Shown here: positions 1-12,736 of the stretch, piece after piece
How positions within the stretch are numbered: the stretch's first letter is position 1
Layout of the letters: the number at the start of each line of letters is the position of its first letter
DNA from: Carpediemonas membranifera BICM
Lineage: Eukaryota > Protista > Fornicata
Direction of reading: 5' to 3'
DNA length: 64,000 nt
Assembly (NCBI GenBank): GCA_019828565.1
Contig: JAHDYR010000015.1
Span: forward strand, 780,986-844,985
The notes under the pieces: model-generated
Database searches by the model: none
Told to the model about the DNA's origin: nothing
Seen by the model: only the letters and a program-made list of their open reading frames with translations
Translations under genes and position numbers: made by a program

Positions 1-228
1 GTCCCCGTCTAAGCTTGGTAAATGACTGAGTGATGCGTTGTGGGTGACCCACGCGGTTTACCTCGGGAGCACCGCGCCCCTTGCCGGGCCGGAGGATGCA
101 TTCGCCCGCCTCTGGCGCGCGTGGGGCAGGCTGGCGAGCACGCGATGCGATGGCGGGCCAGATCAATTTCTGTGACACTGTAGAATGCGAGCTCGCGATG
201 ACACGACAAGTCTACAGCTCACACAACA

Positions 229-973
229 ATGAAGTTCGGCACAACTCTCGTAGTCCTTGGCCTGATCGCCACCGTGTTCGCCCAATGCGTCATCACGGAG
301 GAGGAGGCCCTCATGAACATGTACGTTGCCCTCGGCGGCGATTCCTGGACCGACAACACCAACTGGAACACTGGTGACGTCTGCACCTGGTATGGCATCG
401 GCTGCAACATCGACGGCTACGTCGTCAGCATCGACCTCTCCAACAACAACCTCGTCGGCCTCCTCACCGACGACATCGGGTGCTTCCCCTACCTCAAGAG
501 CCTCCAGCTCAACGACAACGAGATCTCCGGCCCCGTCCCCGACGCCATCGGCAACCTGCCCAGCCTCAAGTACCTCAACCTTGACAACAACCTCCTGACT
601 GGCCCCCTGCCCGCCACCCTCTGCGCTGACGAGCACCTCCAGTACATCTACCTCGGCCACAACCTCTTCGAGGGCGATATCCCCGCCTGCTACGTCACCA
701 GCTTCACCTTCGTCAAGGGAGGTCCACCTCGACTGCAACCTGCTCACCGGCGACCTCCTCGACTTCTCCGTCTACGAGTACATGTTCGAGCTCCGCTCCC
801 GCTGCAACAACTTCAACGTCGAGTGCCCCGCCTGGACCGAGACCACTGACATGCTCGTCATCTGCTCCGGCTCCTGCGAGGACTGCCCCATTGTCCCCCC
901 GACCCAGTGCCCCGAGTTCGTCGAGGTCGAGGACTGCGGCCTCTACTACCCCCTTGAGGCTGTCCCCGTCTAA
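229..973 (+). CDS. CWP: CWP-like copy 1 (one +1 G insertion at ~718; probably a consensus error)
   Basis: Near-identical to 6003-6746; aaggGa versus aagga. Confidence 0.7.
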
Positions 974-1189
974 GCTTGGTAAATGACTGAGTGATGCGTT
1001 GTGGGTGACCCACGCGGTTTACCTCGGGAGCACCGCGCCCCTTGCCGGGCCGGAGGATGCATTCGCCCGCCTCTGGCGCGCGTGGGGCAGGCTGGCGAGC
1101 ACGCGATGCGATGGCGGGCCAGATCAATTTCTGTGACACTGTAGAATGCGAGCTCGCGATGACACGACAAGTCTACAGCTCACACAACA

Positions 1190-1935
1190 ATGAAGTTCGG
1201 CACAACTCTCGTAGTCCTTGGCCTGATCGCCACCGTGTTCGCCCAATGCGTCATCACGGAGGAGGAGGCCCTCATGAACATGTACGTTGCCCTCGGCGGC
1301 GATTCCTGGACCGACAACACCAACTGGAACACTGGTGACGTCTGCACCTGGTATGGCATCGGCTGCAACATCGACGGCTACGTCGTCAGCATCGACCTCT
1401 CCAACAACAACCTCGTCGGCCTCCTCACCGACGACATCGGGTGCTTCCCCTACCTCAAGAGCCTCCAGCTCAACGACAACGAGATCTCCGGCCCCGTCCC
1501 CGACGCCATCGGCAACCTGCCCAGCCTCAAGTACCTCAACCTTGACAACAACCTCCTGACTGGCCCCCTGCCCGCCACCCTCTGCGCTGACGAGCACCTC
1601 CAGTACATCTACCTCGGCCACAACCTCTTCGAGGGCGATATCCCCGCCTGCTACGTCACCAGCTTCACCTTCGTCAAGGGAGGTCCACCTCGACTGCAAC
1701 CTGCTCACCGGCGACCTCCTCGACTTCTCTGTCTACGAGTACATGTTCGAGCTCCGCTCCCGCTGCAACAGCTTCAACGTCGAGTGCCCCGCCTGGACCG
1801 AGACCACTGACATGCTCGTCATCTGCTCCGGCTCCTGCGAGGACTGCCCCATTGTCCCCCCCGACCCAGTGCCCCGAGTTCGTCGAGGTCGAGGACTGCG
1901 GCCTCTACTACCCCCTTGAGGCTGTCCCCGTCTAA
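1190..1935 (+). CDS. CWP: CWP-like copy 2 (two +1 homopolymer insertions)
   Basis: Near-identical to 6003-6746; extra G at ~1679 and extra C at ~1860. Confidence 0.7.
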
Positions 1936-2152
1936 GCTTGGTAAAATGACTGAGTGATGCGTTGTGGGTGACCCACGCGGTTTACCTCGGGAGCACCGCG
2001 CCCCTTGCCGGGCCGGAGGATGCATTCGCCCGCCTCTGGCGCGCGTGGGGCAGGCTGGCGAGCACGCGATGCGATGGCGGGCCAGATCAATTTCTGTGAC
2101 ACTGTAGAATGCGAGCTCGCGATGACACGACAAGTCTACAGCTCACACAACA

Positions 2153-2897
2153 ATGAAGTTCGGCACAACTCTCGTAGTCCTTGGCCTGATCGCCACCGTG
2201 TTCGCCCAATGCGTCATCACGGAGGAGGAGGCCCTCATGAACATGTACGTTGCCCCTCGGCGGCGATTCCTGGACCGACAACACCAACTGGAACACTGGT
2301 GACGTCTGCACCTGGTATGGCATCGGCTGCAACATCGACGGCTACGTCGTCAGCATCGACCTCTCCAACAACAACCTCGTCGGCCTCCTCACCGACGACA
2401 TCGGGTGCTTCCCCTACCTCAAGAGCCTCCAGCTCAACGACAACGAGATCTCCGGCCCCGTCCCCGACGCCATCGGCAACCTGCCCAGCCTCAAGTACCT
2501 CAACCTTGACAACAACCTCCTGACTGGCCCCCTGCCCGCCACCCTCTGCGCTGACGAGCACCTCCAGTACATCTACCTCGGCCACAACCTCTTCGAGGGC
2601 GATATCCCCGCCTGCTACGTCACCAACTTCACCTTCGTCAAGGAGGTCCACCTCGACTGCAACCTGCTCACCGGCGACCTCCTCGACTTCTCCGTCTACG
2701 AGTACATGTTCGAGCTCCGCTCCCGCTGCAACAACTTCAACGTCGAGTGCCCCGCCTGGACCGAGACCACTGACATGCTCGTCATCTGCTCCGGCTCCTG
2801 CGAGGACTGCCCCATTGTCCCCCCGACCCAGTGCCCCGAGTTCGTCGAGGTCGAGGACTGCGGCCTCTACTACCCCCTTGAGGCTGTCCCCGTCTAA
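2153..2897 (+). CDS. CWP: CWP-like copy 3 (one +1 C insertion at ~2254)
   Basis: Near-identical to 6003-6746. Confidence 0.7.
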
Positions 2898-3114
2898 GCT
2901 TGGTAAATGACTGAGTGATGCGTTGTGGGTGACCCACGCGGTTTACCTCGGGAGCACCGCGCCCCTTGCCGGGCCGGAGGATGCATTCGCCCGCCTCTGG
3001 CGCGCGTGGGGGCAGGCTGGCGAGCACGCGATGCGATGGCGGGCCAGATCAATTTCTGTGACACTGTAGAATGCGAGCTCGCGATGACACGACAAGTCTA
3101 CAGCTCACACAACA

Positions 3115-3860
3115 ATGAAGTTCGGCACAACTCTCGTAGTCCTTGGCCTGATCGCCACCGTGTTCGCCCAATGCGTCATCACGGAGGAGGAGGCCCTCAT
3201 GAACATGTACGTTGCCCTCGGCGGCGATTCCTGGACCGACAACACCAACTGGAACACTGGTGACGTCTGCACCTGGTATGGCATCGGCTGCAACATCGAC
3301 GGCTACGTCGTCAGCATCGACCTCTCCAACAACAACCTCGTCGGCCTCCTCACCGACGACATCGGGTGCTTCCCCTACCTCAAGAGCCTCCAGCTCAACG
3401 ACAACGAGATCTCCGGCCCCGTCCCCGACGCCATCGGCAACCTGCCAAGCCTCAAGTACCTCAACCTTGACAACAACCTCCTGACTGGCCCCCCTGCCCG
3501 CCACCCTCTGCGCTGACGAGCACCTCCAGTACATCTACCTCGGCCACAACCTCTTCGAGGGCGATATCCCCGCCTGCTACGTCACCAGCTTCACCTTCGT
3601 CAAGGAGGTCCACCTCGACTGCAACCTGCTCACCGGCGACCTCCTCGACTTCTCTGTCTACGAGTACATGTTCGAGCTCCGCTCCCGCTGCAACAGCTTC
3701 AACGTCGAGTGCCCCGCCTGGACCGAGACCACTGACATGCTCGTCATCTGCTCCGGCTCCTGCGAGGACTGCCCCATTGTCCCCCCGACCCAGTGCCCCG
3801 AGTTCGTCGAGGTCGAGGACTGCGGCCTCTACTACCCCCCTTGAGGCTGTCCCCGTCTAA
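3115..3860 (+). CDS. CWP: CWP-like copy 4 (two +1 C insertions)
   Basis: Near-identical to 6003-6746; extra C at ~3492 and ~3838. Confidence 0.7.
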
Positions 3861-4077
3861 GCTTGGTAAATGACTGAGTGATGCGTTGTGGGTGACCCAC
3901 GCGGTTTACCTCGGGAGCACCGCGCCCCTTGCCGGGCCGGAGGATGCATTCGCCCGCCTCTGGCGCGCGTGGGGCAGGCTGGCGAGCACGCGATGCGATG
4001 GCGGGCCAGATCAAAAGTCTGTGACACTGTAGAATGCGAGCTCGCGATGACACGACAAGTCTACAGCTCACACAACA

Positions 4078-4823
4078 ATGAAGTTCGGCACAACTCTCGT
4101 AGTCCTTGGCCTGATCGCCACCGTGTTCGCCCAATGCGTCATCACGGAGGAGGAGGCCCTCATGAACATGTACGTTGCCCTCGGCGGCGATTCCTGGACC
4201 GACAACACCAACTGGAACACTGGTGACGTCTGCACCTGGTATGGCATCGGCTGCAACATCGACGGCTACGTCGTCAGCATCGACCTCTCCAACAACAACC
4301 TCGTCGGCTTCCTCACCGACGACATCGGGTGCTTCCCCTACCTCAAGAGCCTCCAGCTCAACGACAACGAGATCTCCGGCCCCGTCCCCGACGCCATCGG
4401 CAACCTGCCCAGCCTCAAGTACCTCAACCTTGACAACAACCTCCTGACTGGCCCCCTGCCCGCCACCCTCTGCGCTGACGAGCACCTCCAGTACATCTAC
4501 CTCGGCCACAACCTCTTCGAGGGCGATATCCCCCGCCTGCTACGTCACCAACTTCACCTTCGTCAAGGAGGTCCACCTCGACTGCAACCTGCTCACCGGC
4601 GACCTCCCTCGACTTCTCCGTCTACGAGTACATGTTCGAGCTCCGCTCCCGCTGCAACAACTTCAACGTCGAGTGCCCCGCCTGGACCGAGACCACTGAC
4701 ATGCTCGTCATCTGCTCTGGCTCCTGCGAGGACTGCCCCATTGTCCCCCCGACCCAGTGCCCCGAGTTCGTCGAGGTCGAGGACTGCGGCCTCTACTACC
4801 CCCTTGAGGCTGTCCCCGTCTAA
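4078..4823 (+). CDS. CWP: CWP-like copy 5 (two +1 C insertions)
   Basis: Near-identical to 6003-6746; extra C at ~4532 and ~4607. Confidence 0.7.
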
Positions 4824-5040
4824 GCTTGGTAAAATGACTGAGTGATGCGTTGTGGGTGACCCACGCGGTTTACCTCGGGAGCACCGCGCCCCTTGCCGGG
4901 CCGGAGGATGCATTCGCCCGCCTCTGGCGCGCGTGGGGCAGGCTGGCGAGTACGCGATGCGATGGCGGGCCAGATCAATTTCTGTGACACTGTAGAATGC
5001 GAGCTCGCGATGACACGACAAGTCTACAGCTCACACAACA

Positions 5041-5785
5041 ATGAAGTTCGGCACAACTCTCGTAGTCCTTGGCCTGATCGCCACCGTGTTCGCCCAATGC
5101 GTCATCACGGAGGAGGAGGCCCTCATGAACATGTACGTTGCCCTCGGCGGCGATTCCTGGACCGACAACACCAACTGGAACACTGGTGACGTCTGCACCT
5201 GGTATGGCATCGGCTGCAACATCGACGGCTACGTCGTCAGCATCGACCTCTCCAACAACAACCTCGTCGGCCTCCTCACCGACGACATCGGGTGCTTCCC
5301 CTACCTCAAGAGCCTCCAGCTCAACGACAACGAGATCTCCGGCCCCGTCCCCGACGCCATCGGCAACCTGCCCAGCCTCAAGTACCTCAACCTTGACAAC
5401 AACCTCCTGACTGGCCCCCCTGCCCGCCACCCTCTGCGCTGACGAGCACCTCCAGTACATCTACCTCGGCCACAACCTCTTCGAGGGCGATATCCCCGCC
5501 TGCTACGTCACCAGCTTCACCTTCGTCAAGGAGGTCCACCTCGACTGCAACCTGCTCACCGGCGACCTCCTCGACTTCTCTGTCTACGAGTACATGTTCG
5601 AGCTCCGCTCCCGCTGCAACAACTTCAACGTCGAGTGCCCCGCCTGGACCGAGACCACTGACATGCTCGTCATCTGCTCCGGCTCCTGCGAGGACTGCCC
5701 CATTGTCCCCCCGACCCAGTGCCCCGAGTTCGTCGAGGTCGAGGACTGCGGCCTCTACTACCCCCTTGAGGCTGTCCCCGTCTAA
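5041..5785 (+). CDS. CWP: CWP-like copy 6 (one +1 C insertion at ~5418)
   Basis: Near-identical to 6003-6746. Confidence 0.7.
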
Positions 5786-5951
5786 GCTTGGTAAATGACT
5801 GAGTGATGCGTTGTGGGTGACCCACGCGGTTTACCTCGGGAGCACCGCGCCCCTTGCCGGGCCGGAGGATGCATTCGCCCGCCTCTGGCGCGCGTGGGGC
5901 AGGCTGGCGAGCACGCGATGCGATGGCGGGCCAGATCAAAAGTCTGTGACA

Positions 5952-5991
5952 CTGTAGAATGCGAGCTCGCGATGACACGACAAGTCTACAG
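5952..5991. promoter_or_regulatory. Pair of inverted CTACAG motifs (Giardia Myb2-type encystation element) upstream of the CWP-like ATG; present in every unit (e.g. 178-183 and 212-217)
   Basis: CTGTAG at -51..-46 and CTACAG at -17..-12 from the ATG. C(T/A)ACAG is the recalled Myb2 site in Giardia cwp promoters. Confidence 0.55.
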
Positions 5992-6002
5992 CTCACACAA
6001 CA

Positions 6003-6746
6003 ATGAAGTTCGGCACAACTCTCGTAGTCCTTGGCCTGATCGCCACCGTGTTCGCCCAATGCGTCATCACGGAGGAGGAGGCCCTCATGAACATGTACGT
6101 TGCCCTCGGCGGCGATTCCTGGACCGACAACACCAACTGGAACACTGGTGACGTCTGCACCTGGTATGGCATCGGCTGCAACATCGACGGCTACGTCGTC
6201 AGCATCGACCTCTCCAACAACAACCTCGTCGGCCTCCTCACCGACGACATCGGGTGCTTCCCCTACCTCAAGAGCCTCCAGCTCAACGACAACGAGATCT
6301 CCGGCCCCGTCCCCGACGCCATCGGCAACCTGCCCAGCCTCAAGTACCTCAACCTTGACAACAACCTCCTGACTGGCCCCCTGCCCGCCACCCTCTGCGC
6401 TGACGAGCACCTCCAGTACATCTACCTCGGCCACAACCTCTTCGAGGGCGATATCCCCGCCTGCTACGTCACCAGCTTCACCTTCGTCAAGGAGGTCCAC
6501 CTCGACTGCAACCTGCTCACCGGCGACCTCCTCGACTTCTCTGTCTACGAGTACATGTTCGAGCTCCGCTCCCGCTGCAACAACTTCAACGTCGAGTGCC
6601 CCGCCTGGACCGAGACCACTGACATGCTCGTCATCTGCTCCGGCTCCTGCGAGGACTGCCCCATTGTCCCCCCGACCCAGTGCCCCGAGTTCGTCGAGGT
6701 CGAGGACTGCGGCCTCTACTACCCCCTTGAGGCTGTCCCCGTCTAA
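6003..6746 (+). CDS. CWP: Cyst wall protein (Giardia CWP1/2/3-like): signal peptide, LRRs, Cys-rich C-terminal domain, 247 aa; the only copy without a frameshift
   Basis: Signal peptide MKFGTTLVVLGLIATVFA; cap ..NWNTGDVCTWYGIGC; LRRs IDLSNNNLVG / IGCFPYLKSLQLNDNEISGPVP / KEVHLDCNLLTGD; tail CEDCPIVPPTQCP..DCGLYY. These match the recalled Giardia CWP motifs (IGCLTYLKTLYL, KELHLDCNQLTG, C..C..LPPTNCP...GCTYY) and length (~240-250 aa). Confidence 0.85.
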   Translation: MKFGTTLVVLGLIATVFAQCVITEEEALMNMYVALGGDSWTDNTNWNTGDVCTWYGIGCNIDGYVVSIDLSNNNLVGLLTDDIGCFPYLKSLQLNDNEISGPVPDAIGNLPSLKYLNLDNNLLTGPLPATLCADEHLQYIYLGHNLFEGDIPACYVTSFTFVKEVHLDCNLLTGDLLDFSVYEYMFELRSRCNNFNVECPAWTETTDMLVICSGSCEDCPIVPPTQCPEFVEVEDCGLYYPLEAVPV

Positions 6747-6963
6747 GCTTGGTAAATGACTGAGTGATGCGTTGTGGGTGACCCACGCGGTTTACCTCGG
6801 GAGCACCGCGCCCCCTTGCCGGGCCGGAGGATGCATTCGCCCGCCTCTGGCGCGCGTGGGGCAGGCTGGCGAGCACGCGATGCGATGGCGGGCCAGATCA
6901 ATTTCTGTGACACTGTAGAATGCGAGCTCGCGATGACACGACAAGTCTACAGCTCACACAACA

Positions 6964-7710
6964 ATGAAGTTCGGCACAACTCTCGTAGTCCTTGGCCTGA
7001 TCGCCACCGTGTTCGCCCAATGCGTCATCACGGAGGAGGAGGCCCTCATGAACATGTACGTTGCCCTCGGCGGCGATTCCTGGACCGACAACACCAACTG
7101 GAACACTGGTGACGTCTGCACCTGGTATGGCATCGGCTGCAACATCGACGGCTACGTCGTCAGCATCGACCTCTCCAACAACAACCTCGTCGGCCTCCTC
7201 ACCGACGACATCGGGTGCTTCCCCTACCTCAAGAGCCTCCAGCTCAACGACAACGAGATCTCCGGCCCCGTCCCCGACGCCATCGGCAACCTGCCCAGCC
7301 TCAAGTACCTCAACCTTGACAACAACCTCCTGACTGGCCCCCTGCCCGCCACCCTCTGCGCTGACGAGCACCTCCAGTACATCTACCTCGGCCACAACCT
7401 CTTCGAGGGCGATATCCCCGCCTGCTACGTCACCAGCTTCACCTTCGTCAAGGAGGTCCACCTCGACTGCAACCTGCTCACCGGCGACCTCCCTCGACTT
7501 CTCTGTCTACGAGTACATGTTCGAGCTCCGCTCCCGCTGCAACAACTTCAACGTCGAGTGCCCCGCCTGGACCGAGACCACTGACATGCTCGTCATCTGC
7601 TCCGGCTCCTGCGAGGACTGCCCCATTGTCCCCCCGACCCAGTGCCCCCGAGTTCGTCGAGGTCGAGGACTGCGGCCTCTACTACCCCCCTTGAGGCTGT
7701 CCCCGTCTAA
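6964..7710 (+). CDS. CWP: CWP-like copy 8 (three +1 C insertions in the 3' third)
   Basis: Near-identical to 6003-6746. Confidence 0.7.
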
Positions 7711-7926
7711 GCTTGGTAAATGACTGAGTGATGCGTTGTGGGTGACCCACGCGGTTTACCTCGGGAGCACCGCGCCCCTTGCCGGGCCGGAGGATGCATT
7801 CGCCCGCCTCTGGCACGCGTGGGGCAGGCTGGCGAGCACGCGATGCGATGGCGGGCCAGATCAATTTCTGTGACACTGTAGAATGCGAGCTCGCGATGAC
7901 ACGACAAGTCTACAGCTCACACAACA

Positions 7927-8691
7927 ATGAAGTTCGGCACAACTCTCGTAGTCCTTGGCCTGATCGCCACCGTGTTCGCCCAATGCGTCATCACGGAGGA
8001 GGAGGCCCTCATGAACATGTACGTTGCCCTCGGCGGCGATTCCTGGACCGACAACACCAACTGGAACACTGGTGACGTCTGCACCTGGTATGGCATCGGC
8101 TGCAACATCGACGGCTACGTCGTCAGCATCGACCTCTCCAACAACAACCTCGTCGGCCTCCCTCACCGACGACATCGGGTGCTTCCCCTACCCTCAAGAG
8201 CCTCCAGCTCAACGACAACGAGATCTCCGGCCCCGTCCCCGACGCCATCGGCAACCTGCCCAGCCTCAAGTACCTCAACCTCGACAACAACCTCCTGACT
8301 GGCCCCCTGCCCGCCACCCTCTGCGCTGACGAGCACCTCCAGTACATCTACCTCGGCCACAACCTCTTCGAGGGCGATATCCCCGCCTGCTACGTCACCA
8401 GCTTCACCTTCGTCAAGGAGGTCCACCTCGACTGCAACCTGCTCACCGGCGACCTCCTCGACTTCTCTGTCTACGAGTACATGTTCGAGCTCCGCTCCCG
8501 CTGCAACAGCTTCAACGTCGAGTGCCCCGCCTGGACCGAGACCACTGACATGCTCGTCATCTGCTCCGGCTCCTGCGAGGACTGCCCCATTGTCCCCCCC
8601 GACCCAGTGCCCCGAGTTCGTCGAGGTCGAGGACTGCGGCCTCTACTACCCCCTTGAGGCTGTCCCCGCTCCAAGCTTGGTAAATGACTGA
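7927..8691 (+). CDS. CWP: CWP-like copy 9 (three +1 C insertions; variant 3' end giving ...VPAPSLVND)
   Basis: Near-identical to 6003-6746; ccc gct cca agc replaces ccc gtc taa. Confidence 0.65.
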
Positions 8692-8891
8692 GTGATGCGT
8701 TGTGGGTGACCCACGCGGTTTACCTCGGGAGCACCGCGCCCCTTGCCGGGCCGGAGGATGCATTCGCCCGCCTCTGGCGCGCGTGGGGCAGGCTGGCGAG
8801 CACGCGATGCGATGGCGGGCCAGATCAAAAGTCTGTGACACTGTAGAATGCGAGCTCGCGATGACACGACAAGTCTACAGCTCACACAACA

Positions 8892-9655
8892 ATGAAGTTC
8901 GGCACAACTCTCGTAGTCCTTGGCCTGATCGCCACCGTGTTCGCCCAATGCGTCATCACGGAGGAGGAGGCCCTCATGAACATGTACGTTGCCCTCGGCG
9001 GCGATTCCTGGACCGACAACACCAACTGGAACACTGGTGACGTCTGCACCTGGTATGGCATCGGCTGCAACATCGACGGCTACGTCGTCAGCATCGACCT
9101 CTCCAACAACAACCTCGTCGGCCTCCCTCACCGACGACATCGGGTGCTTCCCCTACCTCAAGAGCCTCCAGCTCAACGACAACGAGATCTCCGGCCCCGT
9201 CCCCGACGCCATCGGCAACCTGCCCAGCCTCAAGTACCTCAACCTTGACAACAACCTCCTGACTGGCCCCCCTGCCCGCCACCCTCTGCGCTGACGAGCA
9301 CCTCCAGTACATCTACCTCGGCCACAACCTCTTCGAGGGCGATATCCCCGCCTGCTACGTCACCAACTTCACCTTCGTCAAGGAGGTCCACCTCGACTGC
9401 AACCTGCTCACCGGCGACCTCCTCGACTTCTCTGTCTACGAGTACATGTTCGAGCTCCGCTCCCGCTGCAACAACTTCAACGTCGAGTGCCCCGCCTGGA
9501 CCGAGACCACTGACATGCTCGTCATCTGCTCCGGCTCCTGCGAGGACTGCCCCATTGTCCCCCCGACCCAGTGCCCCGAGTTCGTCGAGGTCGAGGACTG
9601 CGGCCTCTACTACCCCCTTGAGGCTGTCCCCGCTCCAAGCTTGGTAAATGACTGA
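8892..9655 (+). CDS. CWP: CWP-like copy 10 (two +1 C insertions; variant 3' end giving ...VPAPSLVND)
   Basis: Near-identical to 6003-6746; same stop-loss variant as copy 9. Confidence 0.65.
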
Positions 9656-9854
9656 GTGATGCGTTGTGGGTGACCCACGCGGTTTACCTCGGGAGCACCG
9701 CGCCCCTTGCCGGGCCGGAGGATGCATTCGCCCGCCTCTGGCGCGCGTGGGGCAGGCTGGCGAGCACGCGATGCGATGGCGGGCCAGATCAAAGTCTGTG
9801 ACACTGTAGAATGCGAGCTCGCGATGACACGACAAGTCTACAGCTCACACAACA

Positions 9855-10600
9855 ATGAAGTTCGGCACAACTCTCGTAGTCCTTGGCCTGATCGCCACCG
9901 TGTTCGCCCAATGCGTCATCACGGAGGAGGAGGCCCTCATGAACATGTACGTTGCCCTCGGCGGCGATTCCTGGACCGACAACACCAACTGGAACACTGG
10001 TGACGTCTGCACCTGGTATGGCATCGGCTGCAACATCGACAGCTACGTCGTCAGCATCGACCTCTCCAACAACAACCTCGTCGGCCTCCTCACCGACGAC
10101 ATCGGGTGCTTCCCCTACCTCAAGAGCCTCCAGCTCAACGACAACGAGATCTCCGGCCCCGTCCCCGACGCCATCGGCAACCTGCCCAGCCTCAAGTACC
10201 TCAACCTTGACAACAACCTCCTGACTGGCCCCCCTGCCCGCCACCCTCTGCGCTGACGAGCACCTCCAGTACATCTACCTCGGCCACAACCTCTTCGAGG
10301 GCGATATCCCCGCCTGCTACGTCACCAGCTTCACCTTCGTCAAGGAGGTCCACCTCGACTGCAACCTGCTCACCGGCGACCTCCCTCGACTTCTCCGTCT
10401 ACGAGTACATGTTCGAGCTCCGCTCCCGCTGCAACAACTTCAACGTCGAGTGCCCCGCCTGGACCGAGACCACTGACATGCTCGTCATCTGCTCCGGCTC
10501 CTGCGAGGACTGCCCCATTGTCCCCCCGACCCAGTGCCCCGAGTTCGTCGAGGTCGAGGACTGCGGCCTCTACTACCCCCTTGAGGCTGTCCCCGTCTAA
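9855..10600 (+). CDS. CWP: CWP-like copy 11 (two +1 C insertions)
   Basis: Near-identical to 6003-6746. Confidence 0.7.
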
Positions 10601-10816
10601 GCTTGGTAAATGACTGAGTGATGCGTTGTGGGTGACCCACGCGGTTTACCTCGGGAGCACCGCGCCCCTTGCCGGGCCGGAGGATGCATTCGCCCGCCTC
10701 TGGCGCGCGTGGGGCAGGCTGGCGAGCACGCGATGCGATGGCGGGCCAGATCAATTTCTGTGACACTGTAGAATGCGAGCTCGCGATGACACGACAAGTC
10801 TACAGCTCACACAACA

Positions 10817-11561
10817 ATGAAGTTCGGCACAACTCTCGTAGTCCTTGGCCTGATCGCCACCGTGTTCGCCCAATGCGTCATCACGGAGGAGGAGGCCCTC
10901 ATGAACATGTACGTTGCCCTCGGCGGCGATTCCTGGACCGACAACACCAACTGGAACACTGGTGACGTCTGCACCTGGTATGGCATCGGCTGCAACATCG
11001 ACGGCTACGTCGTCAGCATCGACCTCTCCAACAACAACCTCGTCGGCCTCCTCACCGACGACATCGGGTGCTTCCCCTACCTCAAGAGCCTCCAGCTCAA
11101 CGACAACGAGATCTCCGGCCCCGTCCCCGACGCCATCGGCAACCTGCCCAGCCTCAAGTACCTCAACCTTGACAACAACCTCCTGACTGGCCCCCCTGCC
11201 CGCCACCCTCTGCGCTGACGAGCACCTCCAGTACATCTACCTCGGCCACAACCTCTTCGAGGGCGATATCCCCGCCTGCTACGTCACCAACTTCACCTTC
11301 GTCAAGGAGGTCCACCTCGACTGCAACCTGCTCACCGGCGACCTCCTCGACTTCTCTGTCTACGAGTACATGTTCGAGCTCCGCTCCCGCTGCAACAGCT
11401 TCAACGTCGAGTGCCCCGCCTGGACCGAGACCACTGACATGCTCGTCATCTGCTCCGGCTCCTGCGAGGACTGCCCCATTGTCCCCCCGACCCAGTGCCC
11501 CGAGTTCGTCGAGGTCGAGGACTGCGGCCTCTACTACCCCCTTGAGGCTGTCCCCGTCTAA
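10817..11561 (+). CDS. CWP: CWP-like copy 12 (one +1 C insertion at ~11193)
   Basis: Near-identical to 6003-6746. Confidence 0.7.
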
Positions 11562-11775
11562 GCTTGGTAAATGACTGAGTGATGCGTTGTGGGTGACCCA
11601 CGCGGTTTACCTCGGGAGCACCGCGCCCCTTGCCGGGCCGGAGGATGCATTCGCCCGCCTCTGGCGCGCGTGGGGCAGGCTGGCGAGCACGCGATGCGAT
11701 GGCGGGCCAGATCAATTTCTGTGACACTGTAGAATGCGAGCTCGCGATTACGACAAGTCTACAGCTCACACAACA

Positions 11776-12520
11776 ATGAAGTTCGGCACAACTCTCGTAG
11801 TCCTTGGCCTGATCGCCACCGTGTTCGCCCAATGCGTCATCACGGAGGAGGAGGCCCTCATGAACATGTACGTTGCCCTCGGCGGCGATTCCTGGACCGA
11901 CAACACCAACTGGAACACTGGTGACGTCTGCACCTGGTATGGCATCGGCTGCAACATCGACGGCTACGTCGTCAGCATCGACCTCTCCAACAACAACCTC
12001 GTCGGCCTCCTCACCGACGACATCGGGTGCTTCCCCTACCTCAAGAGCCTCCAGCTCAACGACAACGAGATCTCCGGCCCCGTCCCCGACGCCATCGGCA
12101 ACCTGCCCAGCCTCAAGTACCTCAACCTCGACAACAACCTCCTGACTGGCCCCCTGCCCGCCACCCTCTGCGCTGACGAGCACCTCCAGTACATCTACCT
12201 CGGCCACAACCTCTTCGAGGGCGATATCCCCGCCTGCTACGTCACCAGCTTCACCTTCGTCAAGGAGGTCCACCTCGACTGCAACCTGCTCACCGGCGAC
12301 CTCCTCGACTTCTCTGTCTACGAGTACATGTTCGAGCTCCGCTCCCGCTGCAACAACTTCAACGTCGAGTGCCCCGCCTGGACCGAGACCACTGACATGC
12401 TCGTCATCTGCTCCGGCTCCTGCGAGGACTGCCCCATTGTCCCCCCGACCCAGTGCCCCGAGTTCGTCGAGGTCGAGGACTGCGGCCTCTACTACCCCCC
12501 TTGAGGCTGTCCCCGTCTAA
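11776..12520 (+). CDS. CWP: CWP-like copy 13 (one +1 C insertion near the end; as written the frame stops at 12504)
   Basis: Open to ...GLYYPP; extra C at ~12498. Confidence 0.75.
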
Positions 12521-12736
12521 GCTTGGTAAATGACTGAGTGATGCGTTGTGGGTGACCCACGCGGTTTACCTCGGGAGCACCGCGCCCCTTGCCGGGCCGG
12601 AGGATGCATTCGCCCGCCTCTGGCGCGCGTGGGGCAGGCTGGCGAGCACGCGATGCGATGGCGGGCCAGATCAATTTCTGTGACACTGTAGAATGCGAGC
12701 TCGCGATGACACGACAAGTCTACAGCTCACACAACA

